Shown here piece after piece: positions 14,400 through 28,786 of a stretch of 64,000 bases of DNA (position 1 is its first letter; the number at the start of each line of letters is the position of its first letter). The DNA lies in NCBI GenBank assembly GCA_964016885.1, contig OZ024741.1, positions 326,368,001 to 326,432,000 of the forward strand, read 5' to 3'. Source of the stretch: Eledone cirrhosa (Eukaryota). The position numbers and the translations under genes were made by a program. The notes below the pieces were generated by a model, which saw only the letters and a list, made by a program, of their open reading frames with translations, made no database searches and was not told the origin of the DNA.

Positions 14400-15065
14400 C
14401 AACACTACAGATATTGCTGTCTTCCTGTTTCTTCTACAAAACTACAACGGTACGCGATGGGGCCCACCCACAGCCCCGGCGGACAGAATGGAGAAGGCGT
14501 TTCTCCGGAGGACGGCAAGGCAGACGCGCTTGAAAAGTCACTCAAACTCGCGGGGCACACACCTGGGGCTGGCCAGCTCAGCGCCTATGGAGGTGAGTAA
14601 GGAGGTAGTCCTGGGCCCGAGGACACCAGAGGTCTCCACTGCCATGGGTACGAACGCAAACCTGTCGGAAAGCGACCTGTATTTGAGGAGTTTGGCCCCG
14701 TCAGCTCGACGTGCAGCAGAACCTGGGTCAGTCGCAGACTGCACCAGGTTGCGGCTGCAGAAAGTGTCGGTGCAAGTGGCATCCCAGACGAGGAGTTTGC
14801 CACCGCGGAACGGGAAGATGGTCAGCCCATCTGGCATTTTGCCGTACCCTCGATCCAGCCCCACCGACTCGAGCTGGGAAGAGAAGCTTGCAGCGTTGAA
14901 GCCATGCTTAATGACCTCGTTGAGGGCAGCATGGTGTGGAATGCGGCCGGCTCTGTGGCGACAGGAAAACGGATGGAATCCGAAAGAGTCCACGGTAGAA
15001 CCGCAGCGACATTGGTGTGGCTGGCAGATCCGGAGGCCGAGCCTCAGGGAAATGCCGATGCGCTA
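14400..15065 (-). mobile_element. CRE-clade non-LTR retrotransposon 3' fragment (zinc knuckle plus restriction-like endonuclease)
   Basis: ORF 14538-14993: GFHPFSC...HAALNEVI...PDGLTIFPFRGGKLLVWDATCTDT...KYRSL..FVPMAVETSGVLG. Confidence 0.85.
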
Positions 15066-16496
15066 TGTACATGTAATTATGGGTGGATTCTCGATAGGGA
15101 CACGGTGGTTACCACAGCTAAAAGTTGCACTCATTACGTTAGTAAAGTATAACCATCTTTATTTTATATAGAAAGGACTTTTACAGGATTAGAAATGTTC
15201 CCTTCGTATGAAATTCTCAGGAATATCCATCAAGAACTGGTTATATATATATCCAGTTTCTGCTGAATACTAATTACTAAAAGTTTCACTTACATAGATT
15301 GGAGACTCCATGTTCGAATTGTGAATTAAAAGTGACGAGTGTTAGTTATTGGCGTAGTATCCAGAATATTTACATTTAGAAATAGAAATCGGACATTCAG
15401 TTCAACATATTTTATTTGTATGCACAAGTAACAGGCGATATATAAATTATCAGGAGATCTAATTGGTTATAACCATCTGACGCTAGGGTTGATTTACTCA
15501 TGAAAGGCAGTTGGAATTATGATCGGTATATGTTCTTTTCTATGTAATGTATCAGACTTTATCGGTTACCGACCATGCCCAAATGTCATGTTATATAGTG
15601 GCAGGTTAAGTATGCAAGTTTGCACACATACTGTGATAAAGCTGATAAGAGATAAATATGGTTCGAAGGAAAAGAAATATCGAATACAATGAAATAAAAT
15701 AATTGCTGAAAAAGAAAATTTGAATAAAAAATACACGCTGCGAAATATAAATAAAAAGAATATAAAAAATAAATTCAAAATATATATAAATAGTACATTA
15801 TAAAAAGACATAAAAATAAATAAAAATATGAAAAAAATCTAAAACTACATAAAAATATGAATAAATTAATAACTAAGTAGAATAAAATAAACATATAATG
15901 CTGAATACAAGAATATATAGATACATACACACATATTTAGACATACACACATATGCACACATATATATATATATACAGTCCTTCCCATACACACATGTAT
16001 ATATATATATATATATATGAAAAATATTTGAGGAATAAATCAAACAGAAATATATATAAGAGTTAACAAAATATACTAAAACGTTTGTCCATCAACACTG
16101 TCAATGATGTCGGGGCATGTATAAAGCAATCTGGCAATTACTTCAGATGTTGGAACAGTGTTTCTCATTTTTTGTTTTATCTACTAACCCTTTTGATTCT
16201 TATTTTACACTTTATAACCATTTGATGATTAAAAAATTCTATTGTATTTTGATATTTAAAAACATATTAGGAATTGTATAAAAAATTGTCAAACTATTTT
16301 GTGTATTGTAGAGTTTTAACCAATTTATTGCAGATAAACTTTAGCAACTAACGAACATTTGATAGAAAATGAAAGTTCAGGAGTAAAATATGTCATACAT
16401 ATGAAAATGAATAATATAGTGAATAATATAGTGAATGAAAAGTAATTTACAAAATAACAACATTAGTCAGTTTCTGCTGTCTCATATTCTCCACCC

Positions 16497-16527
<31 letters not shown>

Positions 16528-16529
16528 CC

Positions 16530-16598
<69 letters not shown>

Positions 16599-16635
16599 TT
16601 CTATATATATATATGTGTGTGTGTATGTGTGTGTG

Positions 16636-16692
16636 GGCTTTCCTGATGATTTCGTTCGAATGAAACAGTTCGTGTCCTGGAGAAACCATTTC
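16636..16692 (+). ncRNA. Decayed HHR-like motif
   Basis: CTGATGA-T-TTCG tt CGAA-T-GAAA-CA gttcg TG-TC; stem I pairing is disrupted. Confidence 0.4.
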
Positions 16693-16723
16693 TCTCTCCC
16701 ACTCTCTCTCTCTCTCTCTCTCT

Positions 16724-16756
<33 letters not shown>

Positions 16757-16833
16757 GCTCGCTCTCTCTCTCTCTCCCTATATATGTATATATATCTTTT
16801 ACTCTTTTACCTGTTCCAGCCATCCGGCTTAGA

Positions 16834-16890
<57 letters not shown>

Positions 16891-17009
16891 TCATAGGGAT
16901 ATATGTATATATTTAGACATAGTCACAGATACCTATATGAGTGTGGCCACCTTTCACGGTGTGGCTCAATGAACAATTTAATTAAGCAAATAATTATTAA
17001 TCAAAGCTA

Positions 17010-17342
17010 TATATAAAATTGCAAGTTTAAAGAATTATTAGATAAAATATATCCAGTCTTTCTTCACCCTAGTCCGTAGAAAACAACCAAATGAATAATC
17101 ATTTAAATGAGGCTATAAGTTTAAAATGTAACTATGAAGAAATAATACAGACTATTTTCCGCGAGGAATAGTCAGATAAAATTTATCTAGTCATTCCTTT
17201 TAGGCTGTGGAGTTTATATGCATTTTTTCTTCTAGCTTATATTTTAGACCTTGCTCCGTTTAATTGATTATTTGTCTAGTTAATTTCTCCGGGCTAAAAG
17301 GAAAGACTGGATATATTTTATCTAATAATCCTTCAAACATGC

Positions 17343-17353
<11 letters not shown>
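17010..17353. mobile_element. MITE-like imperfect palindrome related to 3846-4253
   Basis: TIRs ATAAAATTGCA..ATTATTAGATAAAATATATCCAGTCTTTC mirrored at the right end. Shares GAGGCTATA..TAAAATGTA.CTATGAAGAAA with the first MITE. Confidence 0.7.
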
Positions 17354-17401
<48 letters not shown>

Positions 17402-17423
17402 CGTGTGCGTGTGTGTGTGTGTG

Positions 17424-17615
17424 ACGGATCCCTTTGAAGTGCTACGGGTAACATGTAACCCAGTACAACCTGTGATATGGTTAGGGCGTCGTCGACTAAA
17501 CTGGTAATCTCACCAGGCTTGCTTGGTGAGAAGGGTGTCATATGTGGACGTTCACTGGAATGAAAAACAGAACCCGTCAATGGTGGATGAACAGTCAGCA
17601 GCCATCCAATTTTGT
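17424..17615 (+). repeat. Interspersed repeat (second copy about 61020-61215), possibly derived from an RTE LINE 5' end
   Basis: Both copies share GTGCTAC.GGTAACATGTAA...ACTAAACTGG...CACCA.G.TT.CTTGGTGAG.AGGGTG. Confidence 0.55.
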
Positions 17616-17809
17616 GCTATATGTGTAAGCATATCTTAATTGTTTTTTGTGTGACTGTGGGTTTGTGTGTGTGTGTGTATAATTTTAACGTTTCAACGTT
17701 TTTAACTTTTAACATTTTGTTTTAAACATGTCATTCTATTTTATTTTGTATTTCTTATTTTTGTATATACTTTATATTATTTTTTATTGTATTTATATTG
17801 TATATAATA

Positions 17810-17960
17810 GGCGGCGAATTGTCAGAGTCGTTATAATATCGCATAGAATGCTTTACGGCATTCGTTTCCGCTTTCTGCTCTCTGAGTTCAAATTCCGCTG
17901 TCAATTTCGCCTTTCATTCATTCGAGGTCGATAAAAAAGTACCGGTTAATTACTGGGGTA
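17810..17960 (+). mobile_element. tRNA-derived SINE, MetaSINE-like (further pieces at about 6200-6330, 18190-18360, 33282-33365)
   Basis: GGCGGCGAATTGTCAGA...TCTGAGTTCAAATTCCGC...CCTTTCAT...GGTCGATAAAA.AGTACC. Confidence 0.75.
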
Positions 17961-19856
17961 AATCTCTTTCTCATTTCCATTCTCTTACTCTCTGGAAGAA
18001 ATCTGCTATATTCAGACCTGGAGAGGGATAGGCTCTACCAGGGTTAAAATGCCCTAGAAATGCTGTATGACAATAGCGCGCCACCTACGATACCCACACG
18101 TTTTACGGGACCACCCATATTGTGTATAATTATTTGGCAGTATCGGAGGAGGGTGGACGCCATACTTTGCAACATAGAGTTACGTCCCTTTGCGGTCTGA
18201 GTTCAAATCATTACGGGTTGATAAAATAAAGTACCAGTGACGTACGGGGATAATTGCTGGCCTTGTGCCAAAAGTAGAAACAATTATTTTATAACTAGAT
18301 TTAATCGACTTTCCCTTCCGCCCAAATTGCTGGCCTTGTGTCTATAGTGGAAATCATTATTTTATAGTAGCAGGTCTCTGATTGCTGAGAGTCCTCTTAC
18401 CATGGCAGTACATTTAGTAATCTTTGACTCCAAGTTTACTGGATACTACAGTTTGTTAAGGCAACTGGTCTGGGAGATTGTAAGCTCTGAAATAAAAGCA
18501 CGAGGTCCTTGAAGTTATTGGCCATGTCATTCTATATGAAATCTTCTATGTTCAAGTAGTGAGGTAATTCTGTGGAAGCAATGATCACAAAAAATGTTCC
18601 ACTGCACAGGTACTTCTTGTCACTACAAGGTGGGTTATCTGAAATATAATCAACAGATATACCGTATCTAAGACCGATGCTAGAGTAGGCTTCGAAACCT
18701 AAGGTAGCATACAACTATGTTGAGAATGTATTTATAATATATATATATATATGGTTGACAGTGGGGCGACAGCGTGGAGTAAGAGCAATGCTCTGATAGA
18801 CGCCACGAGCACTGGTGAGGGCTGCTAGAGTCAGAGTAGGGGGTATCCATGTCAAGTGAAATATCTGACATGTAATGACACAGACTCTCAAAATCACGGG
18901 TTCTACTACACCGGCGGCGTAGACGGAGGAATTGGGATTAGGAGATGGAGTGTTCTTCCAGACAGAATTGTTTAACACCTTCGGGGAATCCGGGTCGGCA
19001 ACCCGACTCCAATTTCCCGACATTTCCGATCTGCCGGCCACTTCATACTCCACCTCAATGTCTACGGGCTCGCATATTGTGCCGGACCCCCTAACTCGCG
19101 CTGGTGGAGGGAACAGAAACTTATGTTCTCCTTACGAACCTTTCTTCCCTTTCACCTTAATGCGTCACCCATCTTCATTTAATCTGCTCTGTCATATACT
19201 CTCTACCACAGACTAAACAACGTCCTTTATCCTATGACATCATACTCGTTATTACATACACGCTTACATATATATCTAAGTTAGATAATTTTCCTGTACA
19301 CATTATACACTTCAACATTCATACACACGTTATAATTTATCATACACTCACACATATTAATCCACTCTTTTCACGGACATACGCTACACTACCGATACTT
19401 TATACACACATACAAAATTACTTCAACGCACATAACCAGTACACACATTCAAACTTACATTCACTCACACATACATGTCCACTACCACTAAGACATGGAT
19501 ATACACACACACTCACTATCTTTGTTACTGTACATATTTTACCTTTAAATTTACATTTACACTCACACATATAACCATACTAATACACCCACACACTCCA
19601 CTTTACGTTCCTAATCGTTACTAACGGCTTTTTTGTTTTCCCTCTTCATTTTCGTTTCTTTTTTTTTTGTGTGTTTACTGGACATTCTTTGTGTTTCTCT
19701 AATGTGATCCTGTCTCCATTGTACTCTCGAAGAAGGGTTTAAGCCCGACAAGTCCAACATTCTTTCCTCTTTCCAATGTTAAACGTGAAACTAATAACAC
19801 TTCTTGTACCTCTGTTTTTTGTCTCCTTGAACTATATCTATATCTCTGCCTCTCAT

Positions 19857-20028
<172 letters not shown>

Positions 20029-20515
20029 TGTGTGTGTACGTGTGTGTGTGTATATGTGTCTGTTTGTCTCTGTGTGATAGAGTGTGTGAAAATTATAAGA
20101 CCAGCACACTAACTTTGATTTGATAGATATTACCTAGACTCTATAAAAACATACGGCTATATATTTTATCTATTTCCAAATAATCCGTTATGTATTTACA
20201 TACCCTAATATCACAACTGAAAGGAAAACACATCGAAAAAGCTTTGGTTAGACTGAAATATGTTCAATATTTCATACAGGATTTCAATGTATATCGAGAA
20301 TATATTAATTTGAAATCATATATATATATTATTTATTTACTAGAAATATGTTTTTCTTTCTTCTATATATGTTATATACTATAGCCTATGAACCACGACG
20401 GGGGACTACAAAGATATTATATTATCTACTGATATTACAACCTAATATAAAATAAGTTAAAATGGTAGTGTAAGGTAGTATAAGGTATACTATATATAAT
20501 GTGGATTATATATAT

Positions 20516-20568
<53 letters not shown>

Positions 20569-20576
20569 GATATATT

Positions 20577-20652
<76 letters not shown>

Positions 20653-20697
20653 GATATATATATATATACATATATTTATATATATATTTATATATAC

Positions 20698-20730
<33 letters not shown>

Positions 20731-20756
20731 CATATATACATACATATATATATATA

Positions 20757-21134
20757 TAAATCTCTCTATTTGTATGGTGAATTATTATTATTCATCTGTT
20801 GCCTCTCTTTTTTCACCTCCTCCTTCTTTCTCTCCCCCCTATTTCTCTATATTTCTCTCTGTTTTTCTTTACATACATTTCTTCTTTCTCTCCGTCTTTC
20901 TTTCTAACTGTGCTTAACACTATAACTAAATAATTATAAACTCCTCACTACCAAGCCAGCTTCCTACCTTAATGGTGGCTTATATTTATGGTGCGTCAAA
21001 ATTATTTATAAAACAGTTTATATATTGTATTTTATCTGACGAAGGCATGCCATATTTTTAATATGGTATCCCTGAAATATGTATAATGAAATAAATATGG
21101 TTTTATAAATATAGTTTCCATTTGTTTACTATCG

Positions 21135-21168
<34 letters not shown>

Positions 21169-21261
21169 AGTACATATACATTGCTGTGAATGTGTGTGTT
21201 TGTGTGTTAATTGTGTCTGTATATAAAGAACAACTGGAAAGTTTAAATATATACATACACA

Positions 21262-21265
<4 letters not shown>
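20757..21265 (+). mobile_element. Hydra-like PLE pLTR copy, inverted relative to about 24440-24995
   Basis: Near-identical to 27593-27986 and to the reverse complement of the 24.4-25.0 kb segment. Confidence 0.8.
21028..21093 (+). ncRNA. Type I HHR
   Basis: TATTTTAT-CTGACGA-AGG-C-ATGCCATATT ttt AATATGGTAT-C-CCT-GAAA-TATGTA-TA^-ATGAAATA. Confidence 0.85.
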
Positions 21266-21300
<35 letters not shown>

Positions 21301-21851
21301 AAAAAAATAATGAATAAAACAATGAAACAGTTCCTTATATTAAACAAAAAAAGTTCATTATTTAACGATCGTTTCTAGGACATATATGTGTTAGAATTGG
21401 CATGCATATTCAAAAGATCTATGTACAAAATTATACAAACTATCAAGGAGAATATACATACCAACACATATATATGCTGTCTTCAGAAATAATGAAGTAT
21501 ATTTATTGATAATAACAACAATTCAAAATTACAGGTCTGTTTGGGAACAGATTTTAAATAGACCAATGAAATAAATAACAATTCATCAAGAAAATACAGT
21601 TAGGTGTGTGTATATATGTAAGTAACTTCGTTCACAGATATGCGTAAAAATGTATGTTCACATGCATAGGCATGTCGAAAAAGTGTATGTAAATATAAAA
21701 ATTCAGGGCTAATGTCTCTGTATGTTTATAATCCACAGACAAAATATACATACATATACATACATATATACACACATATATACACACATATACATACATT
21801 CATACACACACATGCATATATACATAAACACACACATACCCACGAACACCC

Positions 21852-21895
<44 letters not shown>

Positions 21896-22119
21896 GTATA
21901 TATTATTATTATAACTCTATGGATATTGAGGTGCACACATAAATACGGCCACATACACTTACATCTAGATGCAGAATTAAAAGTAGGTAAGGGAGTAAGT
22001 AATTAAGGAGGGTGTCAGACTCAACATATTTATAAAAATGTATCTATAAATTTAGAAATAAAAAGAAATATAATAAAAGAAATAAACAAGTAAAACATAT
22101 ACTCATACATATAAATACA

Positions 22120-22205
<86 letters not shown>

Positions 22206-22554
22206 CACATATATATATATATATACACATACGCACAACACACATATATACATATATGTACACACACATACACACATACATACACATACATATATATATA
22301 CACACATATATATACATATATATATACATATATATACATATATATACACACATATATATACACACATATATATATACACACACACACATACATATAAGTA
22401 TATATACATGCACACACATACCCATGTATATATACACACAACCACACACTCACACACACTCAGACATACATAACTATAGAGACATACACACATATATATA
22501 TATACATATATATATACACATATATATATATATACACATATATATATATATACA

Positions 22555-22586
<32 letters not shown>

Positions 22587-22680
22587 AAATAAATACACAC
22601 AGTCAGACAATTATGCACATATATACACATACATACACACATCTCTACAAATACATATACATACACATACATACATACAC

Positions 22681-22754
<74 letters not shown>

Positions 22755-23029
22755 TCATACACACTTATTTACATGCGCACTTATGTATTTTTATACTCAC
22801 ATACAAACATACATACATACTTACGTACACATACATACATCCACGCTTACAAATACGAATAATTATAGGGGGGGGGGGGGAAGGGGGATTAAAATTATTA
22901 GTGGGAAATAGTAAATATAGGTTTCAAGGAACATAAAATATTTAAATCATAATATATGTTTACATAGTAGTGTCAGTATTAGGAAATGGTATTTGTAAGA
23001 AAGAAGGCTAAATTATGCATTTTAATATA

Positions 23030-24300
23030 AGTAGACTATTAATTATAGGTTAATTAAAGTAAAAGTAGTTAATATATTAATTTCTAAGGTGTATACTACT
23101 AAGGTTTATAATATTTAAAGCGGAATTTTGAAGTTAAACAGTAGTAGAGTATTAATTATAGCATAACTAAATTAAAAATATTAACATGATGGTATCAATT
23201 TTAGGAAATGAATTTTGTAATAGGGAAAGCCAAATCAAGTATTTCATCGGTAGTAGAATATTAATTATAGGTTAACTAAATTAAAAATTATATATTAATT
23301 TCTATAGTATATGTTAATTAGGTTTATAATAATTAAAGCAAATTTTGTATTTTATCTATAGTAGAATATAATTATAGGTTAACTAAAATTAAAATTAATC
23401 TATATATTTATTTGTAAAAAAAAAGTTTTTCTCAGTTTATGATTACATGATATTCTGCAATCCATCTGTATTAGAATTTTAATTTTAAGCTAACTAAATT
23501 AAAATTATAGGTTAACTAAATTAAAATTAATTTATAAATTAATTTCTAAATTGTACATTAATTAGGTTTATAATATTAAAAAGTATTTCTCTGTTATTGA
23601 TTACACGATATTTTGTTATATTTCATCTGTAAAGGAATTTTAATAAAATGTTTAATAAACTAAAATTAATCTATAAATTAATTTCCAAAGTATATATTAA
23701 TTATGTTAATAATATTTAAAAGTTTTTCACAGTTTATGTTTACACAATATTTTTTAATTTCATCTGTAGTAGAATTTTAATTAAATTAAAAGTATAGGTT
23801 AACTACATTTAAATTAATTTATATATTAATTTCTAAAATATATATTATTAATTAGGTTTATAATATTTAAATGTTTTTCTCAGTTTATGATTACACGATA
23901 TAATTAATTCCTGTCGCTTATTTAATAGGATATCCTTAGATTTCATTATTTCAAATAGTTCTTGGGAACACAATCTACATTCATTTCTATTATTTTGATA
24001 AGGGGTGGCTCTTTTGAGCACACTCCAGGTCATATCATATTCTATATTCTTAATTCTATAACAATTAATTTTTCTGCTGGAGATGTTGTATTAGCCAGTG
24101 CGGCATTTTTAAAACTATGTTTGTGGGTATTAAACCTTACCTTAAAATTGTTAGAAGTAGCTCCTATATATGAGCAAATAGAATCTTTAGTTTTAACTTT
24201 ACATTTATAAACTATGTTGTTAACAAGACAATTTCCTTTTAATGGGCAGTTTGCTTTGTTTCTACAGTTACAACCTTTCGTTAATTCTGTATTTGAGGAG
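23030..24300 (-). mobile_element. Hydra-like PLE GIY-YIG fragment followed by tandem decayed copies of its ORF end
   Basis: Minus strand: GCNCRNKANCPLKGNCL..IVYKCKV..YIGATSNNFKVRFNTH...CRLCSQE...LNKRQE..SCNH. 23030-23850 holds repeats of roughly 120-140 bp. Confidence 0.8.
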
Positions 24301-24574
24301 ATATTATGGTTAGTTTGATGTATTGGTGGTATACTTATGGGTTTTTTACATTTATATGCATTATAGGCACTTATATTTTTTTAATGTTTTTGGTTGTTGA
24401 GTATGTATATATATATAAAAGTGTATATGTATATATATATAAAAGTGTATATGTATATATATATAAAAGTGTGTATGTATATATTTAAACTTTCCAGTTG
24501 TTCTTTATATACAGACACAATTAACACACAAATACACACATTCACAGCAATGTATATGTACTTATATATGTACT

Positions 24575-24606
<32 letters not shown>

Positions 24607-24647
24607 CGATAGTAAACAAATGGAAACTATATTTATAAAACCATATT

Positions 24648-24713
24648 TATTTCATTATACATATTTCAGGGATACCATATTAAAAATATGGCATGCCTTC
24701 GTCAGATAAAATA
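24648..24713 (-). ncRNA. Type I HHR in inverted pLTR (about 24440-25535)
   Basis: Reverse complement of 21028-21093. Confidence 0.85.
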
Positions 24714-25085
24714 CAATATATAAACTGTTTTATAAATAATTTTGACGCACCATAAATATAAGCCACCATTAAGGTAGGAAGCTGGCTTGGTAGTGAGGTG
24801 TTTATAATTATTTAGTTATAGTGTTAAGCACAGTTAGAAAGAAAGACGGAGAGAAAGAAGAAATGTATGTAAAGAAAAACAGAGAGAAATAGAGAGAAAT
24901 AGGGGGGAGAGAAAGAAGGAGGAGGTGAAAAAAGAGATACAACCGAAGTCAACAGATGAATAATAATAATTCACCATACAAATAGAGAGATTTAAGAGAG
25001 AGGGAGTACGGTAATTATTTAGTTATAGTGTTATGCACAGTTAGAGAAGAGACGGAGAGAAAGAAAAAATGGAGATGACGAGAAA

Positions 25086-25121
<36 letters not shown>

Positions 25122-25535
25122 GGGAGGAAAAGAAAGAGGGAGAAAAAATAATAATTATATAGGGGGAGGTGAAAACCAAGAGAGAAATAAGAGAGAAACA
25201 TGGGAGACAAAGTCAAAACGACAGATACATAAACTTCATCATATATAAAGAGAGAGGAGAAGAAAGAGCTATATCTAGGGATATGGATGATAGAGTTACA
25301 TCTTTACGTCAAGTCCTATCAATTTGAATTATCAATTCATATGAACTGGGTAATATAATGTAAATATCAATATTCATGAATGAGACATAGATATATAATG
25401 TGTGAAAATAATTTTGCTCAATAATGACCATATGTTTAGTTTAAAACTCTGAGGTCAATGTACCAAAATCTGAGATAAATCTTCAAAAAATTACCCTATT
25501 TATAAATACATACACACGCATATGCACTTTCTGAA

Positions 25536-27457
25536 AATAGAACTAGAAATATAATATGGTTTCCCCCCCCCCTTCTCACTAAATATTAAAACCCACATTG
25601 CTAAACTATTCTTTAATGCTCTTGACAAACGCTTCCCTAGAACACATGAATATCACTCAATTTTTAATAGACATACTATAAAATTAACTTACTCGTCCAC
25701 CAAAAATTTAGCACAAAATATTAACAGAATTAATAATAGGAATTTAAAACCTAACCAAAATACCAATAATAACCCAAACAATATTCAATTAAATAACTGT
25801 AACTGTAGAAATAAATCTAAATGTCCGTTAAATAACAATTGCTTAGTTAAAAATATAATATACAATTGTAATGTTAAAACTAACTTAAATTCTTTCAACT
25901 ATGTTGGTTCCACCTCGACAGAATTTAAACTTCGCTTCAATAATCATAAGTATTCTTTCACAGATCCAAACAAAAAATCTTCAACTTCGCTATCAAGCTT
26001 ACTCTGGCAACTTAAACGTGATAATGTTGGGTATTCGATGTTTTGGAATATTGTTTCAAGAGGGATTCCTTTTAATTCCTCATCTGAGACATGTGATCTC
26101 TGTGTGGAGGAGATATTCTTTATATTAAAATCCAAAAATTCCCTTAATCTAAGGAGCAATTTATTCAGTTGCTGCAGACATAGATTGAACTCAACGTTTA
26201 AATATAAATATAAATTTAAAATGTAGTATAATTAATTAAGAAATTTAATTAATGTATAAAACCTGACGATAAATCTTTCGATTCCTTCAACTTTTTCTTT
26301 TAAACCTTCTTCATAAATATAAACAAATGATGTAATTAAACTACTCTAAAATGTAGATGCTCCCAATGTATTAAATAAATTTTACGCAAGATAAAATTTC
26401 TAAACTAAATATAAGAGCATCCGTAGAACCACAGGGTTTTCTAAATCCTTTAAATAATTTTTGTTAAATAATTTTTGGTTTTTTATTTGCTTTTTGATTC
26501 TGATTGCCTCTAAAGAACTTTGCAATATATTGTCTGAAAAAATTGGAAGGATAGATTTCTGTGGTAAATATATGAAACATACTGTTTTTGTGGCCTGAGA
26601 TACCCTAGAGTGTGTTGAAAATATTTTTAACGTTTTGATATTTCTGTGCTGATATATTGATATCTGGTTATCTCTATACAAAGGCCATATGTATTAACAT
26701 GCATATGGAAAGATTACAGAGTATATTTTATCTGTTCATGTGCCTGTATGTGTGCATAGAGATGCTGGAACACTCAAGCAGATATCTTGTGTATACATAT
26801 ATATGTATATATATATGTAGGTATAGTTCTGTATATGTTACAGATATGCATAATATTATATACATGAACGATAATCATATGTGTGAGGGCTTGAATATTA
26901 ATCGTTTATTTTTATATATATATATATAGTGAAATTTTTTATAACACAAGGAAATTTTTTTATGACACAAGAAATTATAGAGTTGATCACGTAAAGTCAT
27001 GTGTATGTCTGTATTATCGACTAGAGCTTGACATAACTTTCTCTTTTTCTTTTTTCAGAAAGTGCATATGCGTGTGTATGTATTTATAAATAGGGTAATT
27101 TTTGAAGATTTATCCCAGATTTTGGTACATTGACCTCAGGGTTTTAAACTAAACATATGGTCATTATTGAGCAAAATTATTTTCACACATTATATATCTA
27201 TGTCTCATTCATGAATATTGATATTTACATTATATTACCCAGTTCATATGAATTGATAATTCAAATTGATAGGACATGACGTAAAGATGTAACTCTATCA
27301 TCCCTCTCTCTAGATATAGCTCTTTCTTCTCCTCTCTCTTTATATATGATGAAGTTTATGTATCTGACGTTTTGACTTTGCCTCCCATGTTTCTCTCTTA
27401 TTTCTCTCTTGGTTTTCACCTCCCCCTATATAATTATTATTTTTTCTCCCTCTTTCT

Positions 27458-27501
<44 letters not shown>

Positions 27502-28064
27502 TTTCTCGTCATCTCCATTTTTTTCTTTCTCTCCGTCTCTTCTCTAACTATGCATAACACTATAACTAAATAATTACCGTACTCCCTCTCTCTTAAATCT
27601 CTCTATTTGTATGATGAATTATTATTATTCATCTGTTGACTTCGGTTGCCTCTCTTTATTCACCTCCTCCTTCTTTCTCTCTCCCCTATTTCTCTTTATT
27701 TCTCTCTGTTTTTCTTTACATACATTTCTTCTTTCTCTCCGTCTTTCTTTCTAACTGTGCTTAACACTATAACTAAATAATTATAAACACCTCACTACCA
27801 AGCCAGCTTCCTACCTTAATGGTGGCTTATATTTATGGTACGTCAAAATTATTTATAAAACAGTTTATATATTGTATTTTATCTGACGAAGGCATGCCAT
27901 ATTTTTAATATGGTATCCCTGAAATATGTATAATGAAATAAATATGGTTTTATAAATATAGTTTCCATTTGTTTACTATCGTATATCTACTCACAAAACT
28001 TGTCGAGTGCTTTATATCAGTTATAAAATATTTACTTGTTGTAACCCAACAATTTTAAATAAAA

Positions 28065-28070
<6 letters not shown>
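25536..28070 (+). mobile_element. 5'-truncated Hydra-like PLE: linker, GIY-YIG, long 3' UTR and pLTR
   Basis: RTRNIIWFPPP..., CNCRNKSKCPLNNNCL (CxCx5C), YVGSTSTEFKLRFNNH, CDLCVEE, CCRH. About 27055-27986 is mirrored at about 24604-25535. Confidence 0.85.
27875..27940 (+). ncRNA. Type I HHR
   Basis: Same sequence as 21028-21093. Confidence 0.85.
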
Positions 28071-28099
<29 letters not shown>

Positions 28100-28158
28100 T
28101 AAAATAACAGATTAAAGTTTAAGCAAAGAATCGCTGCTTTCACCCTTAACGGGATCTT

Positions 28159-28786
28159 TATTGTTATACTTGGGGATGGTGATATTTGTGTAATAATATT
28201 GCCAGAATTAATAACAGAACACACTCACTGTTTGGTTGGTTTTCGCTGCGGTGTCTTTTATATCGGTTAATTTAATTTATTCGGTCCTCAATGTTACCAT
28301 TGACTGACCAACGGTCAAAAATACAGATATAATATAGACACAAACACATATATATAGTCTAACAAAGTTCTTTCGTTGCACATCTGCAACAACGTCAGTG
28401 GTGCTATTATGTTTCCTCCTGTTGTATTGTATGCCTACACCATCTTTATTTATGAAATAAAGATGGTGTAGGCATACAATACAACAGGAGGAAACATAAT
28501 AGCACCACTGACGTTGTTGCAGATGTGCAACGAAAGAACTTTGTTAGACTATATATATGTGTTTGTGTCTATATTATATCTGTATTTTTGACCGTTGGTC
28601 AGTCAATGGTAACATTGAGGACCGAATAAATTAAATTAACCGATATAAAAGACACCGAAGCAAAAACCAACCAAACAGTGAGTGTGTTCTGGTATTAATT
28701 CTGGCAATATTATTACACAAATATGACCCTCCCCAAGTATAACAATATTTGTTTCGACACACTATTTCATATAAAAAACCTCGCAA

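Noticed and set aside
14488-15171. 227-aa plus-strand ORF
   Set aside because: Antisense shadow of the CRE endonuclease region.
26263-26290. Isolated CTGACGA (also near 62830)
   Set aside because: No stem II, GAAA or stem I partner, so not a hammerhead.
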